Source of the DNA: Spirochaetia bacterium
Lineage (GTDB): Bacteria > Spirochaetota > Spirochaetia > SZUA-6 > Bin103
Direction: 5' to 3'
Length of the DNA: 64,000 nt
Assembly (NCBI GenBank): GCA_965203905.1
Contig: CBDBDQ010000005.1
Span: 1,440,001-1,504,000 of the forward strand
Part shown: piece by piece, positions 8,506-17,996 of the stretch
Layout of the letters: every line of letters begins with the position of its first letter
Position numbering within the stretch: the first letter of the stretch is position 1
Notes under the pieces: generated by a model
Database searches by the model: none
What the model was told of the DNA's origin: nothing
What the model saw: only the letters and a program-made list of their open reading frames with translations
Made by a program: the position numbers and the translations under genes

Positions 8506-10743
8506 CTACGGGCGCCGCACCGCGCTGACGAACAACGTGGACACCTCCCAGTCCAGCGTCGACCCGAGGCGGCGCTCGAGCTGGCGCCGCAGGGCGGCAA
8601 CGGCGCCGGTGGGCACTCCGGCGCGCCGCAGCAGCGCGGCGTAAGAGTCGCCGGAAGCGGCGCCGGTCTCCGGGAACCAGCGTTCGACCAGGGACCGGGT
8701 CACCGCGAGGCGCGCGGGCCGGGTCACGACTTCCGTGGCCGGCGCGGCGCACAGCGGATCGAGCGCGGCGCACACGGCATCCTCGGTCAGCGGCTCGCGG
8801 GCCCGATAGTGTTCTTCTTCCGCGGCGACCACGGCGTCGCGGTCCGCGGGGTCCAGTGCGCCGAGGGCGAACGCGCCGTGCAGCCGCGGCGCCCGCTCCG
8901 GCAGCGCCTCCGCCAGCACCAGCCGCCCCTCCGCCGCAAGCCGTTCGGCGGCGGCGATGACCGTTGCCTCGCCACCGGCGGCGCGCCACACGTTGCGCCC
9001 CACCACGGCGTCGAACCGGATCTCCGGCGGGACCTCGGCCGGCGCCGCCGCCAGGGTCGGCTGCAGGCTCGGCGGGAGCGCCTGCAACTGGGCACGCACG
9101 CCCGGCGCCTCCGGCGGCGCCAGAGTCCACACCCCGCCCTCGGGGCAGCGCCGCAGCAGCTCGAAGGTAAACAGTCCGCTGCCGAGGGCGAGGTCGAGCA
9201 CCACGGCGTGGCGTTGCAGGGCGGCCGCCTGCATGACCCGGTCACGTTCGCCGGCAAGGCGTTCGCTGGCGCCGGCGAGGGTGCGCTCCAGCCAGCCATC
9301 CAGCTCCCGCTGCAGGCCGCGGCCGGCGTTGGTGAGAATCTCGCCGCCCGCTTCGGCGGCGCCGTCGGCGCTCTCCCAGGCGGCCGCCAGGTTGGCCTCG
9401 CGGCGGCGCTCCACCTGCACCCGGACGCTGGCCTCGTGGCCCACCTCACCGGGCTGGTAGAACACCCGCCCGTGAAGCTCCTTGGGAAGATATTGCTGCG
9501 CCACCCAGTGCTCGGTGTAGGCGTGGGGGTAGCGGTAGCCGGCGCCGTGGCCGAAGCCCTCGGCGTCGCGGCTGGCGTCGCGCAGCGGCGCCGGGACCGG
9601 CGCCTCGCGTTCGGCGGCCACGGCGCGCAGCGCGTCGAAGAAGCCCAGCGTGCTGTTGCTCTTGGGCGCGGTGGCCAGGTACAGGACCGCCTCGGCCAGG
9701 TGGAAGCGGCCCTCGGGCAGGCCGACGTAGTCGAACGCGGCGGCGCACGCGGTCACCACCTGAATCGCCGCAGGATCCGCCATGCCGATGTCCTCCGCGG
9801 CCAGGATCAACATGCGCCGGAACAGGTAGCGCGGATCTTCGCCGGCGTACACCATGCGCGCCATCCAGTAGAGGGCGGCGTCCGGGTCGGAGCCGCGCAG
9901 GCTCTTGATGAAGGCGCTGATGGTGTCGTAGTGGGCGTCGCCTTCCTTGTCGTACAGCACCGCGCGGCGCTGGATCGACTCCTCGGCCACCGCCCGGTCC
10001 ACGCGCACCACCCCGTCGCCCGCCGGCGGGGTGGTGGTGACCGCCAGCTCCAGGGCGTTGAGCAGGCTGCGCGCATCGCCGTTGGCGACGTTGAGCAGGT
10101 GCTCCATGGCGTCGTCCGTAACCTCGCTCCGGAACCCGCCCAGACCGCGCTCGGCGTCGGCCAGCGCGGCCCGTGCCACCCGCTCCAGGTCGTCGCGGGT
10201 CAGCGCCTGGAGCTGGAAGATGCGGCTGCGGCTCACCAGCGGCTTGATCACCTCGAAGTAGGGGTTCTCCGTGGTGGCTCCGATCAGCACGATGGTGCCG
10301 TTCTCCACCGACGGCAGCAGCGCGTCCTGCTGCGCCTTGTTCCAGCGGTGCACCTCGTCCACGAACAGGATGGTCCGCTGGCCGTGCAGGTCTCGCGCCT
10401 CGCGCGCCGACTGGATCGCCTCGCGGAGCTGCTTCACCCCCGCCAGGACCGCGTTCAGCGCCGTGAAGCGGGCCCGGGTGGTGCCGGCGATCACCTGTGC
10501 CAGGGTGGTCTTGCCGGTTCCCGGCGGCCCGTAGAAGATCAGGGAAGAAAGCTGATCCGCCTGGATCGCGCGCCGCAGCAGGCGCCCCGGACCCACGATG
10601 TGCCCCTGGCCCACGAACTCGTCCAGCGTGCGCGGCCGCATGCGCGCCGCCAGCGGCGCACTGCCGGCCCGCTCCGCCGCGCCGCGGGCGCGGAACAGGT
10701 CACCGTGTGGAGAGTCGGCCGTCGACGACACCAAGCCGAACAT
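8506..10743 (-). CDS. rarA: Replication-associated recombination AAA+ ATPase RarA/MgsA with C-terminal methyltransferase-like extension
   Basis: PLAARMRP, GPPGTGKTT, DEVHR, GATTENP, HYDTISAFIKSLRGSDPDA, YRYPH; about 250 extra C-terminal residues. Start approximate. Confidence 0.92.
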   Translation of the reverse strand: MFGLVSSTADSPHGDLFRARGAAERAGSAPLAARMRPRTLDEFVGQGHIVGPGRLLRRAIQADQLSSLIFYGPPGTGKTTLAQVIAGTTRARFTALNAVLAGVKQLREAIQSAREARDLHGQRTILFVDEVHRWNKAQQDALLPSVENGTIVLIGATTENPYFEVIKPLVSRSRIFQLQALTRDDLERVARAALADAERGLGGFRSEVTDDAMEHLLNVANGDARSLLNALELAVTTTPPAGDGVVRVDRAVAEESIQRRAVLYDKEGDAHYDTISAFIKSLRGSDPDAALYWMARMVYAGEDPRYLFRRMLILAAEDIGMADPAAIQVVTACAAAFDYVGLPEGRFHLAEAVLYLATAPKSNSTLGFFDALRAVAAEREAPVPAPLRDASRDAEGFGHGAGYRYPHAYTEHWVAQQYLPKELHGRVFYQPGEVGHEASVRVQVERRREANLAAAWESADGAAEAGGEILTNAGRGLQRELDGWLERTLAGASERLAGERDRVMQAAALQRHAVVLDLALGSGLFTFELLRRCPEGGVWTLAPPEAPGVRAQLQALPPSLQPTLAAAPAEVPPEIRFDAVVGRNVWRAAGGEATVIAAAERLAAEGRLVLAEALPERAPRLHGAFALGALDPADRDAVVAAEEEHYRAREPLTEDAVCAALDPLCAAPATEVVTRPARLAVTRSLVERWFPETGAASGDSYAALLRRAGVPTGAVAALRRQLERRLGSTLDWEVSTLFVSAVRRP

Positions 10744-11373
10744 TGCGGGCAATCGCACCCGCGGCACAATCACCCTGCCGCCGAGCGGCCGCGCCCGCGG
10801 CCAATCCCGCCCGCGGCATGGACTCTGAAGCCGGCCGCACCGAATGCGGCAGCCACTTCGGCGCCGAAGGCGGCCGCGGCGGCGGGCCCGGCGCGCGGGG
10901 CCTACACTCTGCCGACGCAGGGAGAGGAGCGCAGGCATGAGTGCCAGGGCCATCCCATGCTGAACGACGTCTGCATCCCGTGTGTGGCCGAGTTTCGGTG
11001 ATGGCCCCGGCGCGGCGCCCGCAGATCGCCGCCTTCCGGGTGTGTGGTTCGTTTGCTGTACGACATGTCCAGAAAAGAGGGGTCGCCGCCTCCCGCAACG
11101 CACCGGTCTCCGCCACGGCGTGGCTGCCACGTCGGCGCCACGGTGCAGGATTCTGCAGAAAAGGTGCCAAAAAAATGCGCTGAGCACTTGACGGGTTCGG
11201 CGCTGCTCGTAGCGGCCCCCTGCCGCACGTTCCGGCCCCTCCGACCCTTCGAACATCTCGCCACGACCTCCAGGACCGTCAGCACCCCGCCAGCGCCGGC
11301 CTAAGCCCTTCCCGGTGCCCGTCCCGGGACTTGCCTAAACCTGGCATTTCTCAACCATGTTTATATTTACGCC

Positions 11374-12981
11374 ATGGCTACTGTGGCTACCGCGACCGCT
11401 ACCGGCTTCGCCTCCTCGCTCTCCGGGCTCCCCGACCAGGTGCTGCTGGCGCACACCAGGTCCCTCGTCCTGCACGAGCAGGCGCTGCAGCTCGCCGTCC
11501 TCGACCACCTGCGCGAGATCCACGCCCGCCACCTGCACCTGCGCCTCGGGTTCTCCAGCCTGTTCGACTACGCCGTCCGCGAGCTGGGCTACAGCGAAGG
11601 CGCCGCCTGGCGCCGCATAAAGGCCATGCGCCTGTGCTCCGATACCGCCGGATCACGCGAGCGGCTGCAGGACGGCTCGCTCACCCTGAGCGCGGCGGCG
11701 CAGTTGCAGAACACCTTCGATCTCCTGCAGCGCACGGCGACCGCCGCCGCGGACCCTGGCTCGCCGCCCGCGGCACCCGAGTTGCTGCCGCTCGGCACGG
11801 GGACGGCGCCGGAGGCGGGGGCTTCGGGGGCCGCGGCAGCGGCGCCAGCGCGAGCGGTGCCGGCGCTGGACGCGGCGCAGCGGCAGGAGCTGGTGGCACA
11901 GGCGAGCGGCAAGAGCACGCGCGAGGTGAAGCAGTTGTTGGCCGGGGTGGCTCCCGAGCTGGCGCGGCCGGCCGATCGCCTGCGGGCTCTGGGCGACGGT
12001 CGCTGGGAGCTGAAGGTGGCGATCGACTCTGCCTGTCAGTGCGGGATCGAGCAGCTACGGGCGCTGCTGTCGCACGTGGACCCGCACCTGACGCTGGGGC
12101 AACTGGTGGAGCGGCTGGTGCAGGACGGCCTGCAGCGCTACGACCCGGGGCGACCGCCGCGCGGGCGCAGAGGTGGGCGCCGGGAGGCAAGCGCGGGCCA
12201 GGCGCCGGAGCCGAAGGCGCAGCAAGGGCCGGCAGGCGGGGCGACTTCGCCAGCGAAGCGGCGCGCGCAAGAGCAGCCCGGAGTGCCGGCGCCGGAGGGC
12301 ACTATCACCGGTGGCAGCACCCCGGCGCCGGTAGCGCTGTCCGTAGAGGAACCCGCGTGCGGGATTGGCCGTGCCGACACCTCGGCGGTGGCAGCGCTGT
12401 CCGCGCCGCCGTCGGGGCGCGAGACTTGCGGCGGCAGCATCCCGGTGCGTGCCAAGCCAGCGGCGGCAGCGCCCGGCACCGCTCCTTCGGCGGCGAAGTT
12501 GGTGGCCGATCGTGGGTCCCGCGCCACCGTACCGACGTCACGGCCGGCGCAGCCGGCAGACCAGAGCTTGCCGACCGTGCTGGCAGCGGCGGATGGCGGT
12601 CGCAGCGCTCCTTCGCCAGCGAAGCGGGCAAGGGCGGCGCAGCCGGCAGGGGCGGCGCAGCTCGATGGCCGTTCGCGCCCGCAGGCGGCGGCAGCCGGCC
12701 CCTCCGGAGGCAGTGCGCAGCCGTCCCACCGAGCGCCCCGGTCCCGGTATATTCCGGCGCCAGTGCGGCGCGAGGTGTGGCGCCGCGACGGCGGCTGCTG
12801 CAGTTACGTCGATCCGTACAGCGGGCGGCGCTGCGGCACCCGCTTCCTGCTGGAGCTCGACCACATCGTTCCCTTCGCCCTCGGCGGCGGTGCGGAGCCC
12901 GGGAATTTGCGCCTTCGCTGTCGAGCTCACCACCGCTTTCGGCATCGGGAGTACGCGCCGCCGCCAGACGGGGCCACGTGA
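11374..12981 (+). CDS. HNH endonuclease with DUF222-like N-terminus and low-complexity linker
   Basis: GFSSLFDYAVRELGYSEGAAWRRI N-domain; C-terminal RYIPAPVRREVWRRDGGCC...RC...LELDHIVPFALGG...NLRLRCRAHH. Confidence 0.88.
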   Translation: MATVATATATGFASSLSGLPDQVLLAHTRSLVLHEQALQLAVLDHLREIHARHLHLRLGFSSLFDYAVRELGYSEGAAWRRIKAMRLCSDTAGSRERLQDGSLTLSAAAQLQNTFDLLQRTATAAADPGSPPAAPELLPLGTGTAPEAGASGAAAAAPARAVPALDAAQRQELVAQASGKSTREVKQLLAGVAPELARPADRLRALGDGRWELKVAIDSACQCGIEQLRALLSHVDPHLTLGQLVERLVQDGLQRYDPGRPPRGRRGGRREASAGQAPEPKAQQGPAGGATSPAKRRAQEQPGVPAPEGTITGGSTPAPVALSVEEPACGIGRADTSAVAALSAPPSGRETCGGSIPVRAKPAAAAPGTAPSAAKLVADRGSRATVPTSRPAQPADQSLPTVLAAADGGRSAPSPAKRARAAQPAGAAQLDGRSRPQAAAAGPSGGSAQPSHRAPRSRYIPAPVRREVWRRDGGCCSYVDPYSGRRCGTRFLLELDHIVPFALGGGAEPGNLRLRCRAHHRFRHREYAPPPDGAT

Positions 12982-13101
12982 TCGGCGCTCGCCGGGGGGC
13001 CAGTTGGGCGGTCGGGCGTCGGTCCGATGGCAGCGGGAGCAACGACTTGCAGCCGGCTTGTCGCGTAGCGGGGGATAGTCCTGCATGAGTGCCCGGCCGC
13101 A

Positions 13102-13131
13102 TTGAGAAACTCCGCCGGGTGGCGGTAGAAT
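13102..13131 (+). promoter_or_regulatory. Sigma-70 promoter, leaderless configuration
   Basis: TTGAGA-N18-TAGAAT, then 7 nt to GTG 13139; no Shine-Dalgarno. Confidence 0.6.
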
Positions 13132-13138
13132 CGCGGTC

Positions 13139-13882
13139 GTGGCAGCGCAACAGATCGCAGTTCAGAGTTATTGCTTCCGCGGGTTTCGCAGCAATGCGGA
13201 GGTGGCCGCCAAGGTCAAGGAGATCGGCCTGGCGGCGCTGGAGCCGTGCGGCGTGCACATCGACTTCGCCGACGATGCGGCCCACGAGGCGGCCATCGCG
13301 GACTACCGCGCCGCGGGCGTGTCGCTGGTGAGCTGCGGGGTGAACGCCATCCGTGGCGACGCCGGCGACGCCGCGGGCCCGTTCCGCTTCGCGCAGAAGG
13401 CGGGCCTGTCGGTGATCAGCGGCGACGTCATGCCGCCGGCGTCGTGGGACACCTTCGCCGCCGCCGAGCGGCTGGCCGAGCAGTACGACGTCAACGTCGC
13501 GCTGCACAACCACGGCGGGCAGCATTGGATCGGCAACGCGCAGATGCTGGAAGAGGTGTTCCGCCGCACCGGACCGCGCATCGGGCTGATGCTGGACACG
13601 GCCTGGGCGATCGACGCGCGCGAGGATCCGGTGGCGCTGGTGCGGCGCTTCGGCGAGCGCCTGATGGGCGTCCATCTGAAGGACTTCGTCTACACCCGCG
13701 AGCGCGAGCCGCAGGACGTGGTCATCGGCACCGGCATCCTGGACCTGCCGGCGTTGATCACGGCGCTGGGCGAGGTCGGCTTCGACGGCATCCCGATCAT
13801 CGAGTACGAGGGCGACGTGAACGACCCGGTGCCGGCGCTGGCCGAGTGCGTGCGGGTGATCGAGCAAGCCTGGAGCGCTTAG
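13139..13882 (+). CDS. Sugar phosphate isomerase/epimerase (xylose isomerase-like TIM barrel)
   Basis: ALHNHG, LDTAW, VHLKD, GTGILD, IIEYEG. Confidence 0.88.
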   Translation: MAAQQIAVQSYCFRGFRSNAEVAAKVKEIGLAALEPCGVHIDFADDAAHEAAIADYRAAGVSLVSCGVNAIRGDAGDAAGPFRFAQKAGLSVISGDVMPPASWDTFAAAERLAEQYDVNVALHNHGGQHWIGNAQMLEEVFRRTGPRIGLMLDTAWAIDAREDPVALVRRFGERLMGVHLKDFVYTREREPQDVVIGTGILDLPALITALGEVGFDGIPIIEYEGDVNDPVPALAECVRVIEQAWSA

Positions 13883-13903
13883 CCGGCGCCAGAGCTCCGC
13901 TCG

Positions 13904-14572
13904 TTACTCCACTTCCAGCGTCTGCGGATCGAGCTGATACCAGGAGACTTCGCCCGCCTCGAGGCGCTTCTCGATGCGCCGGTCATGGCGCAGCCCGGCC
14001 ACCACCGCGCAGGCGGGCCGGCCCGTGAACTGCGTCAGCAGGCCGGCATTGCGAATCGCACGGTCCGTGTCCCGCCCGTTCACGGGGTACGAGATTTCGG
14101 CCGCCAGGTAACAGGTCTCCCCCGCCTCGCCACGGCCCTCGACGATCAGGTCCGCGCGCCGGAAGCTGCGCAGCTCGTTCTTGGCGACGCCGGACGCGGC
14201 ACGCGAGCGGGCCAGTTCCGCGACCTGGGCAGCGCTGAGAACGCGGACGAACGACAGCCCATTATCCTCGGCGATCAGGTCGGCTTCCCGCAACGTGGAA
14301 TTGCGAGCGTGTGCCGCCTTGATCGGGGCAAGATCGGACCGGAGTTGGGCCAACTGACGCTCGTTGGTTTCGAAGCGCTGGTCGATCGCCTCGAAGCGGC
14401 GGTCGATCGCTGCGAACTGGCGTTCCGTGGCCGCGGCGAACGCGGCCAGTTTCTGCGGCATCTCCAACAGCTCGCGCGTCAGCAGCCGCACCCGCAATGC
14501 CTCCAGCCATTCGGGGTTCTCATCCAGTACGCGGATCAGGTCTTCGATGGTATTGATCGTCGGCGCTGCCAC
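13904..14572 (-). CDS. Hypothetical coiled-coil protein with PD-(D/E)XK-like C-terminal domain
   Basis: Heptads AIDRRFEAIDQRFE; ADLIVEG...YLAAEISY...DTDRA; GTG start estimated. Confidence 0.7.
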   Translation of the reverse strand: MAAPTINTIEDLIRVLDENPEWLEALRVRLLTRELLEMPQKLAAFAAATERQFAAIDRRFEAIDQRFETNERQLAQLRSDLAPIKAAHARNSTLREADLIAEDNGLSFVRVLSAAQVAELARSRAASGVAKNELRSFRRADLIVEGRGEAGETCYLAAEISYPVNGRDTDRAIRNAGLLTQFTGRPACAVVAGLRHDRRIEKRLEAGEVSWYQLDPQTLEVE

Positions 14573-14664
14573 GGCAAACGGTATGTTGCGCCTTTCGGCG
14601 GTAGCGGTCAATCACGGTCGCGCTGGACGGACGGCGGCAGCCGCCGTTGCGCTGACCGGAAGGG

Positions 14665-15762
14665 TCAGTCCAGCTCGCCGTGCAGCAGGCCCAGGGGCAG
14701 CGGGGCCGGGCGTTCGCAGGTGGTGGCGAGCTCCACCTGGCGTTCGTTCGCGGCCGCTTCGTGGATGGCCTGCATGATGTCCAGCACGTGCAGCGCAAGC
14801 TCGCCGCTGGCGCGGTGCGGGCGGCCGGTGCGCAGCGCATGGGCCATGTCGGCCACGCCGATGCCGCGGCTGGTCTCGGTGTAGCCGTGGGTCAGCGGCA
14901 CCGGCTCCCATTCACCCCGCGTGCGTCCCAGCGCCACCGGACCGCCCGGACCGTTGGGGTCGGGCACCGCCAGCGTTCCCTCGCTGCCGTAGATTTCGAT
15001 CAACGGCAGCCGGTGGGCGCGCACGTCGAAGCTGGTGATGATCGAGGCCTGCGCGCCGGACGCGAACTGCAGCAGGCCCTGGACGTGGGTCGGCACCTCC
15101 ACCGTGATGCGCTCGCCGCGGTGCGGCTCACTGGTAATGAGGCGTTCGGGATGGGTGATTCGGGTGAGCCCGGTGACGCTGCGCACCGGTCCCAGGAGCT
15201 GCACCAGCGCGGTAAGGTAGTAGGGACCCATGTCGAACATCGGTCCGCCCCCCGGCTGGTAGTAGAACTCCGGGTCGGGATGCCACCTCTCGTGGCCCGG
15301 GCCGGCATTGAAGGCGACCGCGTGCAGCGGGTCGCCGATCCAGCCGTCGTCGAGCAGCTTGCGGCTGGTCTGGTGGCCGCCGCCGAAAAAGGTGTCCGGG
15401 GCGCAGCCCAGCAGCACCCCGGCGCGGGCCGCGGCGCGCACCAGGTCTTCGCCCTCGGCGCGCTGCACCGCCAGCGGCTTCTCGCTCCACACGTGCTTGC
15501 CGGCATCGATTGCGGCGCGCGACACGGCGTGGTGGGCGGCCGGAACGGTGAGGTTGACCACCAACTCCACGGCAGGGTCGGCGAGCAGCTCCTCCGGGGT
15601 CACGGCGCGCGCGATGCCGAATCCCTCGGCCTGCGCCCGGGCCCGCTCCGGCAGCAGGTCGGCGCAGGCGACCAGGTCCAGGATCGGGAACTCGCGGCAG
15701 CCCCTGAAGTAGGCGGCGCTGATCTTGCCGCAACCGATGATGCCGACCCGCAACTGCTCCAT
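14665..15762 (-). CDS. Gfo/Idh/MocA family oxidoreductase
   Basis: [30 protein letters not shown]. Confidence 0.93.
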   Translation of the reverse strand: MEQLRVGIIGCGKISAAYFRGCREFPILDLVACADLLPERARAQAEGFGIARAVTPEELLADPAVELVVNLTVPAAHHAVSRAAIDAGKHVWSEKPLAVQRAEGEDLVRAAARAGVLLGCAPDTFFGGGHQTSRKLLDDGWIGDPLHAVAFNAGPGHERWHPDPEFYYQPGGGPMFDMGPYYLTALVQLLGPVRSVTGLTRITHPERLITSEPHRGERITVEVPTHVQGLLQFASGAQASIITSFDVRAHRLPLIEIYGSEGTLAVPDPNGPGGPVALGRTRGEWEPVPLTHGYTETSRGIGVADMAHALRTGRPHRASGELALHVLDIMQAIHEAAANERQVELATTCERPAPLPLGLLHGELD

Positions 15763-15959
15763 ACCGCGCACTATACCGGTGCCGGCACAGCCGTGCCCAC
15801 CGCCGCGGGCACCCCTGCGCGCGGCGCGCGCGCCCTGATCCGCCCCGTGGCCACCACCGGCCGGCACACCGCGGCGCGCCGCGGGCTCTCTGATCTGGCC
15901 GCCGGCGCCGCCGGCCGGCGCTACCGGACGCAACCCATGTCAGGGGCCGCGAACGCGCC

Positions 15960-16796
15960 TTACGCCGGCTCCGCCGCGGCGCGGCCGCGCTGCCGCAGCC
16001 ACTCCACCGTGGCCATGAACAGCAGCGCGAACACGAACAGGAAGGTGGCCACCGCCAGGATTGCGGGGCTGATCTCCTCGCGGATGCCGGACCACATCTG
16101 GCGCGGGATGGTGCGCTGCTCCAGCCCGCCGATGAACAGCACCGTGACCACCTCGTCGAACGAGGTGGCGAACGCGAACAGCGCCCCCGAGACGACGCCC
16201 GGCGCGATCAGCGGCAGCTGGATGCGGCGGAAGGCGGTGAGCGGCCCGGCGCCGAGACTGGCGGCGGCGCGCATCAGGTTGGGATCGAATCCCGACAGGG
16301 TGGCGGTTACCGTGATCACCACGAACGGGGAGCCGAGCGCGGCGTGCGCCAGGATCAGGCCCAGGTGGGTCTGCGCCAGCCCCACCCGCGAGTAGAAGAA
16401 GAACATCCCCACCGCGGAGATGATCAGGGGAGTGACCAGGGGCGATATCAGCAGCCCGGTGAGCAGCGTGCGTCCCGGCATCGCCGGGTGCGCCAGTCCC
16501 AGTGCCGCCAGGGTGCCGAGCAGCGTGGTGAGCAGCGTGGCCGAAATGCCGATGAGAATGCTGTTGCCCAACGCGCGGTGCCACTCGGCGTCCTCCGCTA
16601 CCGTCCGGTACCAGCGCAGCGACCAGGCGTCGGGATCGAGCCGCAGCATCCCCTCGGTGAAGGTGAAGTAGGGCTCGGCGTTGAAGCTGAGCGGCACCAC
16701 CACCAGGATGGGCGCGATCAGGAACAGCAGCACCGCGCCGCAGAACGCCAGGAACACGATCCTGGCGGCGCGCTCCCCGGCCCCCCGCGGCGGCAT
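15960..16796 (-). CDS. Polyamine-type ABC transporter permease (PotC-like)
   Basis: TM helices, AAASLGAG EAA-like loop, SFDEVV. Confidence 0.9.
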   Translation of the reverse strand: MPPRGAGERAARIVFLAFCGAVLLFLIAPILVVVPLSFNAEPYFTFTEGMLRLDPDAWSLRWYRTVAEDAEWHRALGNSILIGISATLLTTLLGTLAALGLAHPAMPGRTLLTGLLISPLVTPLIISAVGMFFFYSRVGLAQTHLGLILAHAALGSPFVVITVTATLSGFDPNLMRAAASLGAGPLTAFRRIQLPLIAPGVVSGALFAFATSFDEVVTVLFIGGLEQRTIPRQMWSGIREEISPAILAVATFLFVFALLFMATVEWLRQRGRAAAEPA

Positions 16797-16799
16797 CGG

Positions 16800-17996
16800 T
16801 CAGCCCAGCCGCAGCCGGCCGAGGCCGACCACGCGGTCGTACACGACGTAGAACATCAGCACGCACAGCAGCAGGATCGCGCCCAGCGCCGCGGCCAGGC
16901 CCCAGTTGAGGGACTCCTGCATGTGGTAGGCGATCAGGTTGGAGATGAGCTGCCCGGTGCGGCCGCCGACCAGCGCCGGCGTGATGTAGTAGCCGAGCGC
17001 CACGATGAACACCAGCAGCGCTCCGGCGCCCACGCCGGGCAGGGACAGCGGCCAGTACACGCGCCAGAACGCCTGCACCGGGCCGGCTCCCAGCGAGCCG
17101 GCGGCGCGCAGGTACAGCGGTCCGATGGTGCGCATCACCGAGTACAGCGACAGCACCATGAACGGCAGCAGCACGTGGGTCATGGCGATCAGGGTGCCGG
17201 TCATGTTGTAGACCATCGCCAGCCGCTGCCCGTCGCCGATGATCCCCAGGCCCACCAGCAGGTCGTTGATTACCCCCTGGGTCTGCAGCAGCACGATCCA
17301 CGCCGTGGTACGCACCAGGAGCGAGGTCCAGAACGGCAGCAGCACCCCGACCAGCAGGAGGGCGGCGCGGCGCGGCGGCGCATGCGCGATCAGGTAGGCC
17401 AGCGGGTAGCCCAGCAGCAGGCACAGCGCGGTGACGGCGAGGCTCACCAGCAGGGTGCGGCCGAAGAGCTGCAGGTAGATGCGGCGCTCCTCCGGCTGGC
17501 GCACGATGCTGCCGTCCGGCGCGCGGTCGCGGTCGACCGCGTTCAGGTAGTGGCGCAGGGTCCAGCGCTGACCGGCCCGCTGCAGCGCGCGCCAGGTGGA
17601 GGCCTCGCCCCAGGCCGCGTCGGCCGCCACCATGGTCGTGGCCCAGGAGTCGGTCTCCGCGCCGCGCAGCCGGCGCACGCTGCGGGTAAAGACGCTGCGC
17701 AACCCCGCCTGCACCCGGTTCACGCGCGTCGCCACCTGCCCCAGCGTGCGCTGCTCGCGCGCCGCCACCAGCTCGCGCGCGGCCGCGGCGAACACCTCCT
17801 CCGGAGGCGGCCCGCTGCCGTCCCAGTTGCGCAGCAGGGCCAGGGTCTCCGGCAGCGCGTCCGCGACCACGGGGTCGTGCACGCTGCGCACCAGCATGGA
17901 GCCCAGCGGCGCCAGGAAGGTCACCCCGATGAACGCCGCCAGCGGCGCCACCAGGACCAGCGCCCGCAGCCGGGCGCCGGTCAGCGGGCCAGCCAC
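16800..17996 (-). CDS. Polyamine-type ABC transporter permease (PotB-like)
   Basis: LLLGYPLAY, PFWTSLLVR, LPFMVL, YYITPALVGG; start estimated. Confidence 0.9.
   Translation of the reverse strand: MAGPLTGARLRALVLVAPLAAFIGVTFLAPLGSMLVRSVHDPVVADALPETLALLRNWDGSGPPPEEVFAAAARELVAAREQRTLGQVATRVNRVQAGLRSVFTRSVRRLRGAETDSWATTMVAADAAWGEASTWRALQRAGQRWTLRHYLNAVDRDRAPDGSIVRQPEERRIYLQLFGRTLLVSLAVTALCLLLGYPLAYLIAHAPPRRAALLLVGVLLPFWTSLLVRTTAWIVLLQTQGVINDLLVGLGIIGDGQRLAMVYNMTGTLIAMTHVLLPFMVLSLYSVMRTIGPLYLRAAGSLGAGPVQAFWRVYWPLSLPGVGAGALLVFIVALGYYITPALVGGRTGQLISNLIAYHMQESLNWGLAAALGAILLLCVLMFYVVYDRVVGLGRLRLG

Noticed and set aside
10923-10963. GAGGAG followed by mini-ORF MSARAIPC
   Set aside because: Too short, with no attenuator structure or other support; may be chance or a remnant.
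6548-11001. Very long alternative-frame ORFs (6548-9130 -, 8248-11001 +) and similar ones across the window (for example 30319-32913, 43120-45600 N-terminal part)
   Set aside because: Shadow ORFs expected at high GC. They are Arg/Ala/Pro-rich, lack motifs and overlap well-supported genes.
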